Of a stretch of 64,000 nucleotides of DNA, positions 19,275 to 28,649 are shown one piece after another; position 1 is the first letter of the stretch, and each line of letters starts with the position of its first letter. The notes below the pieces were generated by a model, which saw nothing but the letters and a program-made list of their open reading frames with translations, did no database searches and was not told the origin of the DNA. Source of the DNA: Planctomycetota bacterium (GTDB lineage Bacteria; Planctomycetota; UBA8108; SXIK01); contig OZ244999.1 of NCBI GenBank assembly GCA_965223265.1, positions 6,560,001 through 6,624,000 on the forward strand. Reading direction: 5' to 3'. The position numbers were made by a program, and so were the translations under genes.

Positions 19275-21413
19275 CTATGCAACGTGCTTCAACGCAACGA
19301 CACCACCGCTTTCGACTTGGATGTCGTCTGGAACCTCCTCATAGGCCAAAACCGGAAGATCCGGAAGTCGACGCTGGACCCAACGCTGCAGAAGCGGTCG
19401 CACGACGCCGGGGCAAAGAACGACTGTCGGCGCAGACTGATCTTCGACCGAGTCATAGCTCTGCGCCAGCGCGTCCGAAACGAGTCGTTCAAGCTCGGAG
19501 CTCGACGACTCGTCCGTCTCTTCGCCACCACCAGCCGCACGCTGAAGCATTTCCTCGTCAGCTGGGGAAAGATAAAGCGCCCGTAGCCTACCGTTAGGCC
19601 CTGCGATGACTCGACAGATAACGTCGCCCATAGAGCGCCGCACGCGTTCAGCAAGAAGCATCGGATCGCGGCACTCGCCGACGTTTTCAGCAAGAACTCC
19701 GAGTATCGATTCGAGGTCGCGGATCGAAATCCTTTCGCTCAGTAGCCTCTGCAAAACCTTGTGCAGCTCGGTGAGCTTCAAAACTCCTGGCACGAGCTCC
19801 CCAACCAGAACCGGGGAGCGATCTTTGAGATCGGCAACAAGCCGCGCCGTCTCCTCTCGCGTGAGAATCTCCGCAGCTCGCGCTCTAACGACGTCGTAGA
19901 GGTGATCAGAAATCAACTCTGGAGTCGTCCTCATCGTCGACGCAGCGCTCGCTGGCGAGGCGCCTTGGTCGTTCTTGATCCATGCCCCTTCTTGTCCGGT
20001 TATGGGGTCCTCACCGATCTTCGCGTGCGGGACCTTCGCCTGCGGCGCAATCGGCGAAACAAAGACGTGATCCGGATACACACGCCAAGCGCCAAGGGAC
20101 TGACCGCGCAGTCGGATCGAATACTCCGTCGGGCGCAGGCGAATGTTGTCACGAACCTTCACAGCGGGCATGACGAACCCAAGTTCCAGCGCAATTCTCT
20201 CTCGTACCCGAGCAAGACGGTCAAACAGATCGCCCCCACGCCCCTCGTCGACAAAGCCGACAAGTCGAAAGCCAACCTCGAGCTCGATCGGCTCGAGGAC
20301 AAGCAACGACCGGACCGATTCCGGCGAAGCGCCATGCGGTTCTGCGAGCTCAGGCTCGTCGAACGGTTCCTCGGAGGGATAGTCCTCTTCCAGACGCGGC
20401 CGGCGCAGGTACAGCCCGATTCCAAAGCAGACTCCGGCACCCGCAATCAGTACGAGCTTTGGCAGCCCCGACGCCAGCAGCAAGAGCAGAAATCCTCCGA
20501 GGACGAACAGCACGCGGTCGTTGACGAACAACTGCCTTGTCATGTCCCGACTCAAGTTCTCACCGCCGGTGTTCTTGGTCACCAACAACGCAGTCGCGAC
20601 GCTCACCAAAAGGGCCGGCACCTGGCTGACCAGCCCGTCGCCAATCGTGAGCCGTGTGTAGACCTCGGCTGCCTGAGCAATGCCCATGTTGCCCAAGCCC
20701 GCGCCGATGCAGAACCCAGCCACGATGTTGACGAAAGTAATGATGAGACCCGCCACCGCTTCGCCGCGCACAAACTTGCTGGCTCCATCCATCGTGCCGT
20801 AAAAGTCGGCTTGCTCGCTGAGCTCACTCCGAAGCTCCCGCGCAGTCTCTTCGTCGATCAACCCAGATGAATAGTCGTTGTCGATGCTCATTTGCTTCCC
20901 CGGCATGGCATCGAGAGCGAACCGGGCGGCGACCTCGGAAATACGTGTCGCCCCCTTCGTAATGACGACGAACTGAACGACAACGATGATCGCGAAGACG
21001 ATCAAGCCGACGACGATGTTGTCGCCAGCAATAAAGTTTGCGAACGCGTCGATCACGCCACCAGCCGGCTGTGAAGCGCCGGGAACGCTACCAAGGATCA
21101 GTCGCGTTGTCGCGATATTCAACGAGAGTCGGAAAAACGTGATCAGTAGAAGCAGCGACGGAAACACACTGAACTCGAGCGGTGACGCGAGACACGCTGT
21201 GGTCATGAGGATCAGCAGCGAGACAGTGATGTTCAGGACCAGCAGCGCGTCCATAAGCCCTGGCGGAAGCGGGACCAGGATGACGAACAGCACAGCGAGA
21301 AGCCCCGCTGGCACGGCGATGTCGGCTCCGAACCCGGTGCGTCCGAAGGAGTGTGCGTCAAAGTGAGTCTCGCGACTCTGATCGCCAGGATCGGCTCGTC
21401 CCATCTCTTCCAC
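19275..21413 (-). CDS. flhA: export gate protein FlhA
   Basis: FSVFPSLLL, RLSLNIATTRLIL, ITKGATRISEVAARFALDAMPGKQM, FYGTMDGASKFVRG. Confidence 0.96.
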   Translation of the reverse strand: MEEMGRADPGDQSRETHFDAHSFGRTGFGADIAVPAGLLAVLFVILVPLPPGLMDALLVLNITVSLLILMTTACLASPLEFSVFPSLLLLITFFRLSLNIATTRLILGSVPGASQPAGGVIDAFANFIAGDNIVVGLIVFAIIVVVQFVVITKGATRISEVAARFALDAMPGKQMSIDNDYSSGLIDEETARELRSELSEQADFYGTMDGASKFVRGEAVAGLIITFVNIVAGFCIGAGLGNMGIAQAAEVYTRLTIGDGLVSQVPALLVSVATALLVTKNTGGENLSRDMTRQLFVNDRVLFVLGGFLLLLLASGLPKLVLIAGAGVCFGIGLYLRRPRLEEDYPSEEPFDEPELAEPHGASPESVRSLLVLEPIELEVGFRLVGFVDEGRGGDLFDRLARVRERIALELGFVMPAVKVRDNIRLRPTEYSIRLRGQSLGAWRVYPDHVFVSPIAPQAKVPHAKIGEDPITGQEGAWIKNDQGASPASAASTMRTTPELISDHLYDVVRARAAEILTREETARLVADLKDRSPVLVGELVPGVLKLTELHKVLQRLLSERISIRDLESILGVLAENVGECRDPMLLAERVRRSMGDVICRVIAGPNGRLRALYLSPADEEMLQRAAGGGEETDESSSSELERLVSDALAQSYDSVEDQSAPTVVLCPGVVRPLLQRWVQRRLPDLPVLAYEEVPDDIQVESGGVVALKHVA

Positions 21414-21455
21414 TTCTCTAGTGCGACGGACGTCAAACGCGTCCGACCGCAGGTG

Positions 21456-22223
21456 TCACTGCAGCGGTTCCCTACGCTCTCGCAACTGGGCGCGGCGGCG
21501 CGCTTTTACACTTTGGTTTCCGTCCTCACGCAGCGCTTCCTCGCGCACTTCGGCGCGCGTCATCCGAAGGCTTCCCTCGAGAAACCATCGCTGCACGCCA
21601 TAGTCGATGGCGCCCAGCACGACGAGTGCCAGCGCCAACTGTAGTGCGAATCTCAGCACGTTTTCCCAAGTCCCGACCCATGGAGACTCACTCGCCGCGA
21701 ACCCACCGCGCGTCACAAACCCGGCGAGGGCAAACCAGAACATCAGCCCGACGACGAGCAGCTTCAAGGCCGCAAAAATGCCCCGAGCCACACTCGAAGG
21801 AGCCAGCAGTCGTGACAAGCCTGATAGCGGAGCGACGCGGCCCCACTGGGGCAGCACGATCTGCGGAAGAAAAACCCACACCCCTTGCAGAGCGAAACAG
21901 AGGACCATCGTCAGGCAGGCAAACACCGCGATCGGAAAGACACTGGCGGCAAGATATGATGAGAGCTTCCCCGACAGAGTCGCCAGCCCCCCCTCGGTGA
22001 CGAGTTGCCTGGCGTCGTTGAGCTGCGAAAGAGTGCTGCTGGTGAAGCGGAAGGTCTGATCGGCGAGCTGCGGCATCAGCCATCCGAGGCAGGCGAACGT
22101 CGCGAGCAATGAGAAGGCGACGGTCAAATCGCGACTCTTTGCGATCTGACCGCCTTGTCGAGCCTCCCTCCGTCGTCGTGCGGTCGGCTGTTCAGTCCGC
22201 TGCTCTTTGTCATGATCAGCCAT
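21456..22223 (-). CDS. flhB: FlhB, membrane part only (C-terminal NPTH domain absent)
   Basis: RTEQPTARR, QIAKSRDL, LRMTRAEVREE...DGNQSVKARRR then stop; no NPTH. Confidence 0.88.
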   Translation of the reverse strand: MADHDKEQRTEQPTARRRREARQGGQIAKSRDLTVAFSLLATFACLGWLMPQLADQTFRFTSSTLSQLNDARQLVTEGGLATLSGKLSSYLAASVFPIAVFACLTMVLCFALQGVWVFLPQIVLPQWGRVAPLSGLSRLLAPSSVARGIFAALKLLVVGLMFWFALAGFVTRGGFAASESPWVGTWENVLRFALQLALALVVLGAIDYGVQRWFLEGSLRMTRAEVREEALREDGNQSVKARRRAQLRERREPLQ

Positions 22224-22322
22224 GTGGATTTCCTCGGTCGCAGAACTGCTCGAAGAGACGACCGTGCACCGAGCACCTCACGACAGCACCTAAAGTCAGA
22301 TCCACTCTTGTGCGGTGCGTTT

Positions 22323-23129
22323 TCAATTCACGAACCCCTGCACTGATAGCCGACTCTCGGAAACCGCGGCGTCGAAAAACCGCGCGCAGGTGTCGACGAA
22401 GAACGGGAGCGAAAGCGCCACGACTCCAAGGGCAACGAGCGTACGAAGAAGGAAGCCGAACACGACAGTCTCCAGCTCTGGAAAGAGCCGACTCAAAAAC
22501 CCCTGAGCAACGGAAGCCAAGAGGAGGACGGCAGAAACCGGCAGGACGAGTATCGGCACGGCTTGGAGCAGTAAGGCGCCGACCATCAGCGTGATGCGAC
22601 CGAGGCCGGCTGCAAGACCGTCGGCAGTGAGTTGCCCGGGAGCGATGATCTGGAAGCTGTCGGCAACGGCTCTCAAGATCTCGTGATGAACCTCGACTGC
22701 AAGCAGCGTGAATGTCGCGAGACCACCGTACAGAAGCTTCAACACAGAATCGCCAGCGTCGGCATAGGGATCCAGAAATCCACCAAACGCGAAGCCAGTC
22801 TGCTCGCCGATGAGCGTCGCCGCCGAGCGTACCGCAGCGATCACCAGCAGCGAGGCAGCTCCGATCGCTGCGCCGATGACCGCTTCGCCGAGGATGGTCG
22901 GCAGGAGCGCCAGCGAAACGGGCGGGACGGCTGGCGCCGGCGGCAATCCTTGGAGCAGCGCGAAGGCCAACAAGACAGACACCGCGAGTCGAAATCGAAA
23001 CGGCAGAATACGGCTGGAAAGAACCGGCAACGTCATTGCCAGACCCATGAGACGAGCGGCCGCGAGAAGCGGCACCGCACCGATTCCACTCCACAGCGTT
23101 GACCAGGTTGTCGACGCTATATCGATCAT
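22323..23129 (-). CDS. fliR: export gate protein FliR
   Basis: Polytopic; ARLMGL...PVL, GEAVIG, IGEQTGF, GFLSRLFPEL; lies between fliQ and flhB. Confidence 0.9.
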   Translation of the reverse strand: MIDIASTTWSTLWSGIGAVPLLAAARLMGLAMTLPVLSSRILPFRFRLAVSVLLAFALLQGLPPAPAVPPVSLALLPTILGEAVIGAAIGAASLLVIAAVRSAATLIGEQTGFAFGGFLDPYADAGDSVLKLLYGGLATFTLLAVEVHHEILRAVADSFQIIAPGQLTADGLAAGLGRITLMVGALLLQAVPILVLPVSAVLLLASVAQGFLSRLFPELETVVFGFLLRTLVALGVVALSLPFFVDTCARFFDAAVSESRLSVQGFVN

Positions 23130-23153
23130 GAAAAGACCTCGGCCCTACGCATC

Positions 23154-23435
23154 TCAGCTACCGAGAACCACATTCATCATGGTTGTCAGCACACTCCGGG
23201 TGTAGTCGGTCACAACATTCAGGATCCACGGCATGAAAAAAAACAGCGTGGCCGCCATCGCAAGTAGCTTCGGAATGATCGAGAGCGTCTGTTCCTGAAT
23301 TTGCGTCACCGCTTGAAAGATGCTGACGAGTAAACCAATGACTAGCCCCACGACAAGAACAGGCAACGCAATCTGCATCGCCGTGAAAAGCGCGCCTCGA
23401 CACAACTCCGTTGCAAGGTCCAGCTGATCCATCAA
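23154..23435 (-). CDS. fliQ: export gate protein FliQ
   Basis: GLLVSIFQAVTQIQEQTLSIIPK. Confidence 0.96.
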   Translation of the reverse strand: MMDQLDLATELCRGALFTAMQIALPVLVVGLVIGLLVSIFQAVTQIQEQTLSIIPKLLAMAATLFFFMPWILNVVTDYTRSVLTTMMNVVLGS

Positions 23436-23452
23436 TCTTTCGACGCCACCCT

Positions 23453-24346
23453 CTACTGAAAGCTTTGCATCACCTGTCCGACGACCAAGTTCCAGCCGTC
23501 AACGAGAACAAAGACGAGAACCTTTAGCGGTAAAGAAACAAGAACCGGCGGCAACATGAACATGCCCATCGAGAGGAGCACAGCGCTGACAACCAGATCG
23601 ATCATCAAAAACGGCAGCAGCAAAATGAAACCGATCTGAAACGCAGCTTTGAGCTCGCTCAGAACGAACGCCGGCAGCACGATCAAGAAGCTGAGGTCTT
23701 CCACCTTGGTGGCACCGCCAGCGTGTGGGTTCCCGGCTGGATCGGTACCGGCGGACGCGCGTGGCCGCCGTGACGCACCGTCGCCATCAACCAGTTCCAT
23801 CATGAGCGCCAAATCGGATCGCAGCGTATGACGCAGCATGAACTTCTTCAGCGGCGCCTCAGCCAGCGCGACGGCGGCGCTGAGATCTTCGATCTCCCCG
23901 CTGACGAGCGGATCGTAGGCTTTGATACGAACCTCTTGCCAGACCGGAAGCATCACAACGGCAGTGAGAACCAATGCAAGACCATTCATCACGTGGGGCG
24001 GCGGAAGTTCCTGGGTTCCTAACGCTCGCCGCAAGAACGCCAGCACAATCACGATGCGTGGATAGCAGGTCGTCAGAAGGACGATCGTCGGCACAGCCCC
24101 GAACACAGTCACCAACATCATGAAACGAACGGCAACTTGGATGCCTCCAGGCTCAGCACCCATGATCTGGCGCATCAAACCGGACGACCCACCGGCGTCG
24201 TTCGCCCACAGCTCCGCCGGCGTCACTAGGCCGACGACCACGGCTGCCGCGGCACAGAATGCGCGCGTGAGAGTTCGGCGATCCGTCACGGGTCTGAACA
24301 TGTTAAGCGCCCTATCCATTGTGTCTTCGCCGTTTGAATCCGGCAC
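23453..24346 (-). CDS. fliP: export gate protein FliP
   Basis: RIVIVLAFLRRALG, PAFVLSELKAAFQIGF, SMGMFMLPP, VLVDGW. Confidence 0.95.
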   Translation of the reverse strand: MPDSNGEDTMDRALNMFRPVTDRRTLTRAFCAAAAVVVGLVTPAELWANDAGGSSGLMRQIMGAEPGGIQVAVRFMMLVTVFGAVPTIVLLTTCYPRIVIVLAFLRRALGTQELPPPHVMNGLALVLTAVVMLPVWQEVRIKAYDPLVSGEIEDLSAAVALAEAPLKKFMLRHTLRSDLALMMELVDGDGASRRPRASAGTDPAGNPHAGGATKVEDLSFLIVLPAFVLSELKAAFQIGFILLLPFLMIDLVVSAVLLSMGMFMLPPVLVSLPLKVLVFVLVDGWNLVVGQVMQSFQ

Positions 24347-24348
24347 GG

Positions 24349-24528
24349 CTAACAGCCCGTTGAAAGAGTCATTCGGCCGAGAACGGGCCTCCGTACGCTC
24401 AGCTCGAACGCGTCAATACTCGCCGTAGTACCTTAGAGAAGAGGGCCGGGGATTACCTGCGCTGGTGACACCCGATCTGGATGCGAAGCGACCGGTTTTC
24501 GACTCGAAGCACTTTTTCAATCAGTCTG
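24349..24528. mobile_element. MITE-like element between fliO and fliP
   Basis: CTAACAGCCCGTTGAAAGAGTCATTCGGCCGAGA...GGTTTTCGACTCGAAGCACTTTTTCAA, a reverse-orientation copy of the 13902 element. Confidence 0.75.
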
Positions 24529-24573
24529 GAAACCTCAATTCAGCGATTGGATTGGCGCCCTTGAGATCCCGCG

Positions 24574-25284
24574 TCACGGGCTGCGTTCGAAACGCTCGCC
24601 CTCACTGCCAGAGCGCCAATTCTGAAGCAAACTACGCAACCTCGTGACTTCACGCCGATACGGCGTCAAGTCATCGGTGAGTTTCGAAGAAGAGGGATTC
24701 CCACCGCAGGATTCACCGTCCTCAGGATCATCACCCCGAGACTCGCTGTGCGGGCGGAACCAGTACGGGTCCCCGCCGCCGCCCTTGGCAGTGACCGCCG
24801 AATCGAGCGTCAAGGGTGAAACACCCTCGGCGCCGGCATGAACACTGCTCGGTCGGTCGAAAACCGCTAGTGTGGAGATGTTGTCCGGAGTCACGCCGAC
24901 AACAAGCTCGCGATCTCGAACTCGAAGTACCCAGACAGAGTGACGCGGAGAGAGCGCCAGACGATCGACAAGACGAATGTCGTCTCCCGAAGTGCCGACT
25001 CCTAGCCTGCCACGCCGTCGGCGACGATAGACGAACGCGAGACAGCCGACGAGACCGAGCCCGGCTGCAATGTAGCCGACGAGCTGCAGCCTATCCCGAG
25101 CAGGCGAAACACTACTTCGCGCTGGCAGTTCGCGAGCTGAGCGCAGCGGCTGAATCGTGTCTCCAGGCCGAACGTACCCGCCGCTACGAGCGGTTTCAGC
25201 CTCCACCCTAATGCCCGATAGAGTGACGGTGACTGCGACGACGACGGCAGCAATGAGCTTGCCGAATCCTGTTGCTTTCTTCAT
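24574..25284 (-). CDS. fliO: FliO/FliZ-like chaperone
   Basis: TM followed by IRLVDRLALSPRHSVWVLRVRDRELVVGVTPDNISTL; lies between fliN and fliP. Confidence 0.8.
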   Translation of the reverse strand: MKKATGFGKLIAAVVVAVTVTLSGIRVEAETARSGGYVRPGDTIQPLRSARELPARSSVSPARDRLQLVGYIAAGLGLVGCLAFVYRRRRRGRLGVGTSGDDIRLVDRLALSPRHSVWVLRVRDRELVVGVTPDNISTLAVFDRPSSVHAGAEGVSPLTLDSAVTAKGGGGDPYWFRPHSESRGDDPEDGESCGGNPSSSKLTDDLTPYRREVTRLRSLLQNWRSGSEGERFERSP

Positions 25285-25706
25285 GCTCCCTCCCCATGAC
25301 TGCTGCCCGGGGTTGGCAGAACTTCGGTAACACGGACGCAGAAGCAGTTGTTGAGCACGAGGATCTCACCCCGAGCCAAGAGGATGTCGTTGACGTACAG
25401 GTCTACCGGCTCGTCGGTCCCTCGATCTAGTTCGAGCACAGACCCGCTCTGTAAACGCAAAACGTCCCGCAGCGGCATCCGGCGTCGCCCAAGCTCGACC
25501 CGAACGTCGAGATGGAGCTGCCGGGTGAGCTCAGGAATGGAGTCTTCCACTCCACTGGCAGACACACGATTCTTCGCGGGCGCGGCGACCTCCGCCTCCT
25601 CAGCCGGAAGATCAAGAACCGGCGTCAGGTCGGCGGGAATGTTCGTAGAATCGAGCGCCTCGGCCAGAAGATCGCTCGACTCATCACCTTTTTTTGACGC
25701 GACCAT
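25281..25706 (-). CDS. fliN: C-ring protein FliN (SPOA domain)
   Basis: LDVRVELGRRRM...GSVLELDR...PVDLYVN...ARGEILV. Confidence 0.92.
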   Translation of the reverse strand: MVASKKGDESSDLLAEALDSTNIPADLTPVLDLPAEEAEVAAPAKNRVSASGVEDSIPELTRQLHLDVRVELGRRRMPLRDVLRLQSGSVLELDRGTDEPVDLYVNDILLARGEILVLNNCFCVRVTEVLPTPGSSHGEGA

Positions 25707-25835
25707 TCTCTAATCTCCTACGGCTCGACGTTCGTCCCTACCTCTGGTTCGAACGCCAGACGACTCTTCAACTCGCTCTGTCCCTTCACTTCTTCACCTC
25801 TTGTCATGCGACGGCACCCGCTGACGAGCTCTCTC

Positions 25836-26300
25836 TCAACCGTTCGTGCCTCCGGGGACAGGGTCAAACCTCTCCCTGCCGCGTGAGACCCGGGAGATGA
25901 CGGCGTCCTCGTAGTCACGCTCGCGCAACCTTGACTCACGCGCCACAACATCGCGCCGCCGACGCGCCACCAATCTGTCAGTTGCTTGGAGACGGTTCTC
26001 GTCTCTCACCCACTCTTCGAGCCGGACTTGGAGGCGCGTTTGAAGTCGCTGCAACGCGCTCTCAAGAGTCAGTTTCGCGGCAACTCTCTGAGCGAGAGCA
26101 CGGCGCCTCTCAGGCTCACTCAGCGTCGCGTCCGCGTCGACACGCTCGCACCCTTGGAGACAATTGCGCATCCGTCGCTGCAGCACATCGAACTCCTGAT
26201 GAGCGCTCAGGTAGAGGGCCTTGCTACGCGCCAGGTCCAGTTCCCTCAAGCGACGCAGCGCCTGCATCGACCGAATGGTCTCATTTCGTGCGTCAGTCAT
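25836..26300 (-). CDS. fliJ: FliJ-like coiled-coil stalk protein
   Basis: Helical ORF of about 150 aa overlapping the fliI stop; LRRLREL near the N-terminus; assignment mainly positional. Confidence 0.6.
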   Translation of the reverse strand: MTDARNETIRSMQALRRLRELDLARSKALYLSAHQEFDVLQRRMRNCLQGCERVDADATLSEPERRRALAQRVAAKLTLESALQRLQTRLQVRLEEWVRDENRLQATDRLVARRRRDVVARESRLRERDYEDAVISRVSRGRERFDPVPGGTNG

Positions 26301-27627
26301 GCACAGCCTCCTCCACATCACCCGCTGCTGCTGTCAACGCTACGAGACGATCCACTGTGCTGGCGAGTTCGCTCGTCTCGAACTCGCTCTGCCGCAAGAA
26401 CGCCTCGATTTCGGGGTAAACCTTCAAAGACGCGTCGATCTGTGGATCCGTGCCCAAGGAGTAGGCGCCCAAACGCACAAAGTCCTCGACTTGACGGTGA
26501 CGTGCCAAGTGCGCTCGCGCCCTGTTGGACGCCGCGAGATGCTGCGGCGTCACGATGCGGCTCTGCGCTCGACTCAGACTAGACAGCGGATCAATCGCGG
26601 GGAAATGCCCCTTCTCCGCCAAGTCACGACTGAGCCAGAGGTGACCGTCGAGAATTCCTCGTGACGAATCGGCGATCGGATCGTGGCGGTCGTCGGCCTC
26701 GACGAGAACTGAGAAAAAACCGGTGACGCTTCCCGCCTCCGTCGGCCCCGCGCGCTCAAGAAGTCGCGGCAAAAGGGCGAATACAGACGGCGGATAACCT
26801 CGAGTCGTCGGTGGTTCGCCGCAGGAAAGCCCTAACTCCCGTTGAGCGGTCGCGACGCGAGTGAGCGAATCCATGAGCAACAGCACCTCGTGCCCCTGGT
26901 CACGGAAGTGCTCCGCGATCGCCGTGGCGACGAACGCAGCTTGAATGCGTCGCAGTGCGGACTCCTCGCTCGTGGCAGCCACAACGATGCATCGACTGAG
27001 GCCATCGTTACGGAGAACCTGCTCGACAAAATCTCGCACCTCGCGACTACGCTCGCCGATCAGCCCGATGACGACGATGGACGCCTCCGTGTGCCGCGCA
27101 ATCATACCGAGAAGCATGCTCTTGCCGACACCGCTGCCGGAGAAGATCCCCATTCGCTGGCCGCGCCCGACGGTCACCAACGAATCGATCACGCGCACGC
27201 CTGTAGCGAGTGGGCGTCGGATCTGCGCACGACTCAATGGGTTTTCAGGGGGGCGATAGAGAGGCACATCGACACCGCGGGAGAGCCGTCCATCGTCGTC
27301 GAGAAGCCGCCCCTCGGAGTCGACGACGTGGCCAACCATGTCATTGCCGACCCGGACTGTGGTGGTCTCTCCTTCGTAGACGATCCGATCGCCGGCGGAG
27401 ATACCGCGCAGGTCATCAAAAGGTGCAACGAATGTATTCTCACGCCGAAAACCGATCACCTCCGCAGCCAGTCGGCGACCGTTGCGACACGTGATCTCGC
27501 ATCGTGCACCGAGCGGCGCGAAGAGCCCACGCGCCTCGACCGTGAGGCCGGAGACGCGGTGAACGCAGCCTTCGATCCGTGCCGCGAAAGCGCTGCGGAC
27601 GATCTGCTCCAGACCGTTCATGTCCAA
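26293..27627 (-). CDS. fliI: type III export ATPase FliI
   Basis: GQRMGIFSGSGVGKS, IGERSREV, LLLMDSLTR, GEPPTTRGYPPS, GILDGH. Confidence 0.96.
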   Translation of the reverse strand: MDMNGLEQIVRSAFAARIEGCVHRVSGLTVEARGLFAPLGARCEITCRNGRRLAAEVIGFRRENTFVAPFDDLRGISAGDRIVYEGETTTVRVGNDMVGHVVDSEGRLLDDDGRLSRGVDVPLYRPPENPLSRAQIRRPLATGVRVIDSLVTVGRGQRMGIFSGSGVGKSMLLGMIARHTEASIVVIGLIGERSREVRDFVEQVLRNDGLSRCIVVAATSEESALRRIQAAFVATAIAEHFRDQGHEVLLLMDSLTRVATAQRELGLSCGEPPTTRGYPPSVFALLPRLLERAGPTEAGSVTGFFSVLVEADDRHDPIADSSRGILDGHLWLSRDLAEKGHFPAIDPLSSLSRAQSRIVTPQHLAASNRARAHLARHRQVEDFVRLGAYSLGTDPQIDASLKVYPEIEAFLRQSEFETSELASTVDRLVALTAAAGDVEEAVHD

Positions 27628-28649
27628 CGCTCCCGCTGCAGATCACGTCCATCCTCGTGGCGGCGACGCGCTTTTGACACAACGTTTTCTGCACCGACGT
27701 CGTGTGCGTCGACACCGCCCTGCACGCGGCCCGCCGCCATGGCCGACACATTCGTACTTTGCAGCAGCGCGTCTTCAACTGCCTTCGTCACCAGCTCCAA
27801 CTGCACCCCTATGCTCTGGTCGACGATTCCCGTCCCCGAGACGACGCGACAACCACCGCGGTCGACGTCGACACACTCGGCAACTTCGATGGCTTCGAAT
27901 CCTTCGATCCAACGAGGCTTGCGGCTCAAGATCTCCCGGAACGCCGCGGCATCGTCGGGATGAAGCTGTACCACAACGTCACCGCGGCGAAACGTCAAGT
28001 CGACGGCGCTCTGAACGTTGCGCAGTGCGACCTCGCTGTCGTGAGCAATCTCGTGCTTGAGAATCTTGCGAGCGATCTCTTTGGCAATCAGGACGACCTG
28101 CGACGACAGGTCGGCAAAGGAGTCGTCGAACTTCCCCTGCACGTCGCGCACGGCGGTCGTGAACGCGCTCGCGAGATGAGCCAGCTCTGATCGAGCCTCC
28201 GTCCTTCCCGCATCGATCCCTTCTCGCTCGCCGGCGTCATAACCAGCGCGATACCCTTCCTCATAGCCTTCCTTGCGCCCAGCTTCGAACCCAAGCTCTC
28301 TGCCGGCAGAGGCCGCCTCATCCTGCGCCAGGTCGAATGCCTCTGTAGCCATCTGCTGACGCCGATCGATCTCCGCTCGCACGTCCTGCTCGTGGCGCTC
28401 AAAGTCCTTGCGCGCACAAATCCAGCGCTCACGGATTTCATCCTCAAGCCGCCGGCGTAATCCCTCGAGCTCTTGGAGCCGGTCGCGTGCCGTGCGGATC
28501 AAAGAGGTGCAGATCGCATCGACGCCGCGCTGCTCGACATGCTTTGAGAAATCTCTGCGGCGCGACGGCGCGTCCTCCCCCGTCGTGACAGCACGAATCA
28601 CACGTCCGCTCCCTGCCAAGCTCTGCCGATCGTCAGGCACTTGTCTCAT
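27618..28649 (-). CDS. fliH: FliH/SctL
   Basis: GxxxG repeats (GFEAGRKEGYEEGY), VQLHPDD, RGGCRV. Confidence 0.9.
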   Translation of the reverse strand: MRQVPDDRQSLAGSGRVIRAVTTGEDAPSRRRDFSKHVEQRGVDAICTSLIRTARDRLQELEGLRRRLEDEIRERWICARKDFERHEQDVRAEIDRRQQMATEAFDLAQDEAASAGRELGFEAGRKEGYEEGYRAGYDAGEREGIDAGRTEARSELAHLASAFTTAVRDVQGKFDDSFADLSSQVVLIAKEIARKILKHEIAHDSEVALRNVQSAVDLTFRRGDVVVQLHPDDAAAFREILSRKPRWIEGFEAIEVAECVDVDRGGCRVVSGTGIVDQSIGVQLELVTKAVEDALLQSTNVSAMAAGRVQGGVDAHDVGAENVVSKARRRHEDGRDLQRERWT

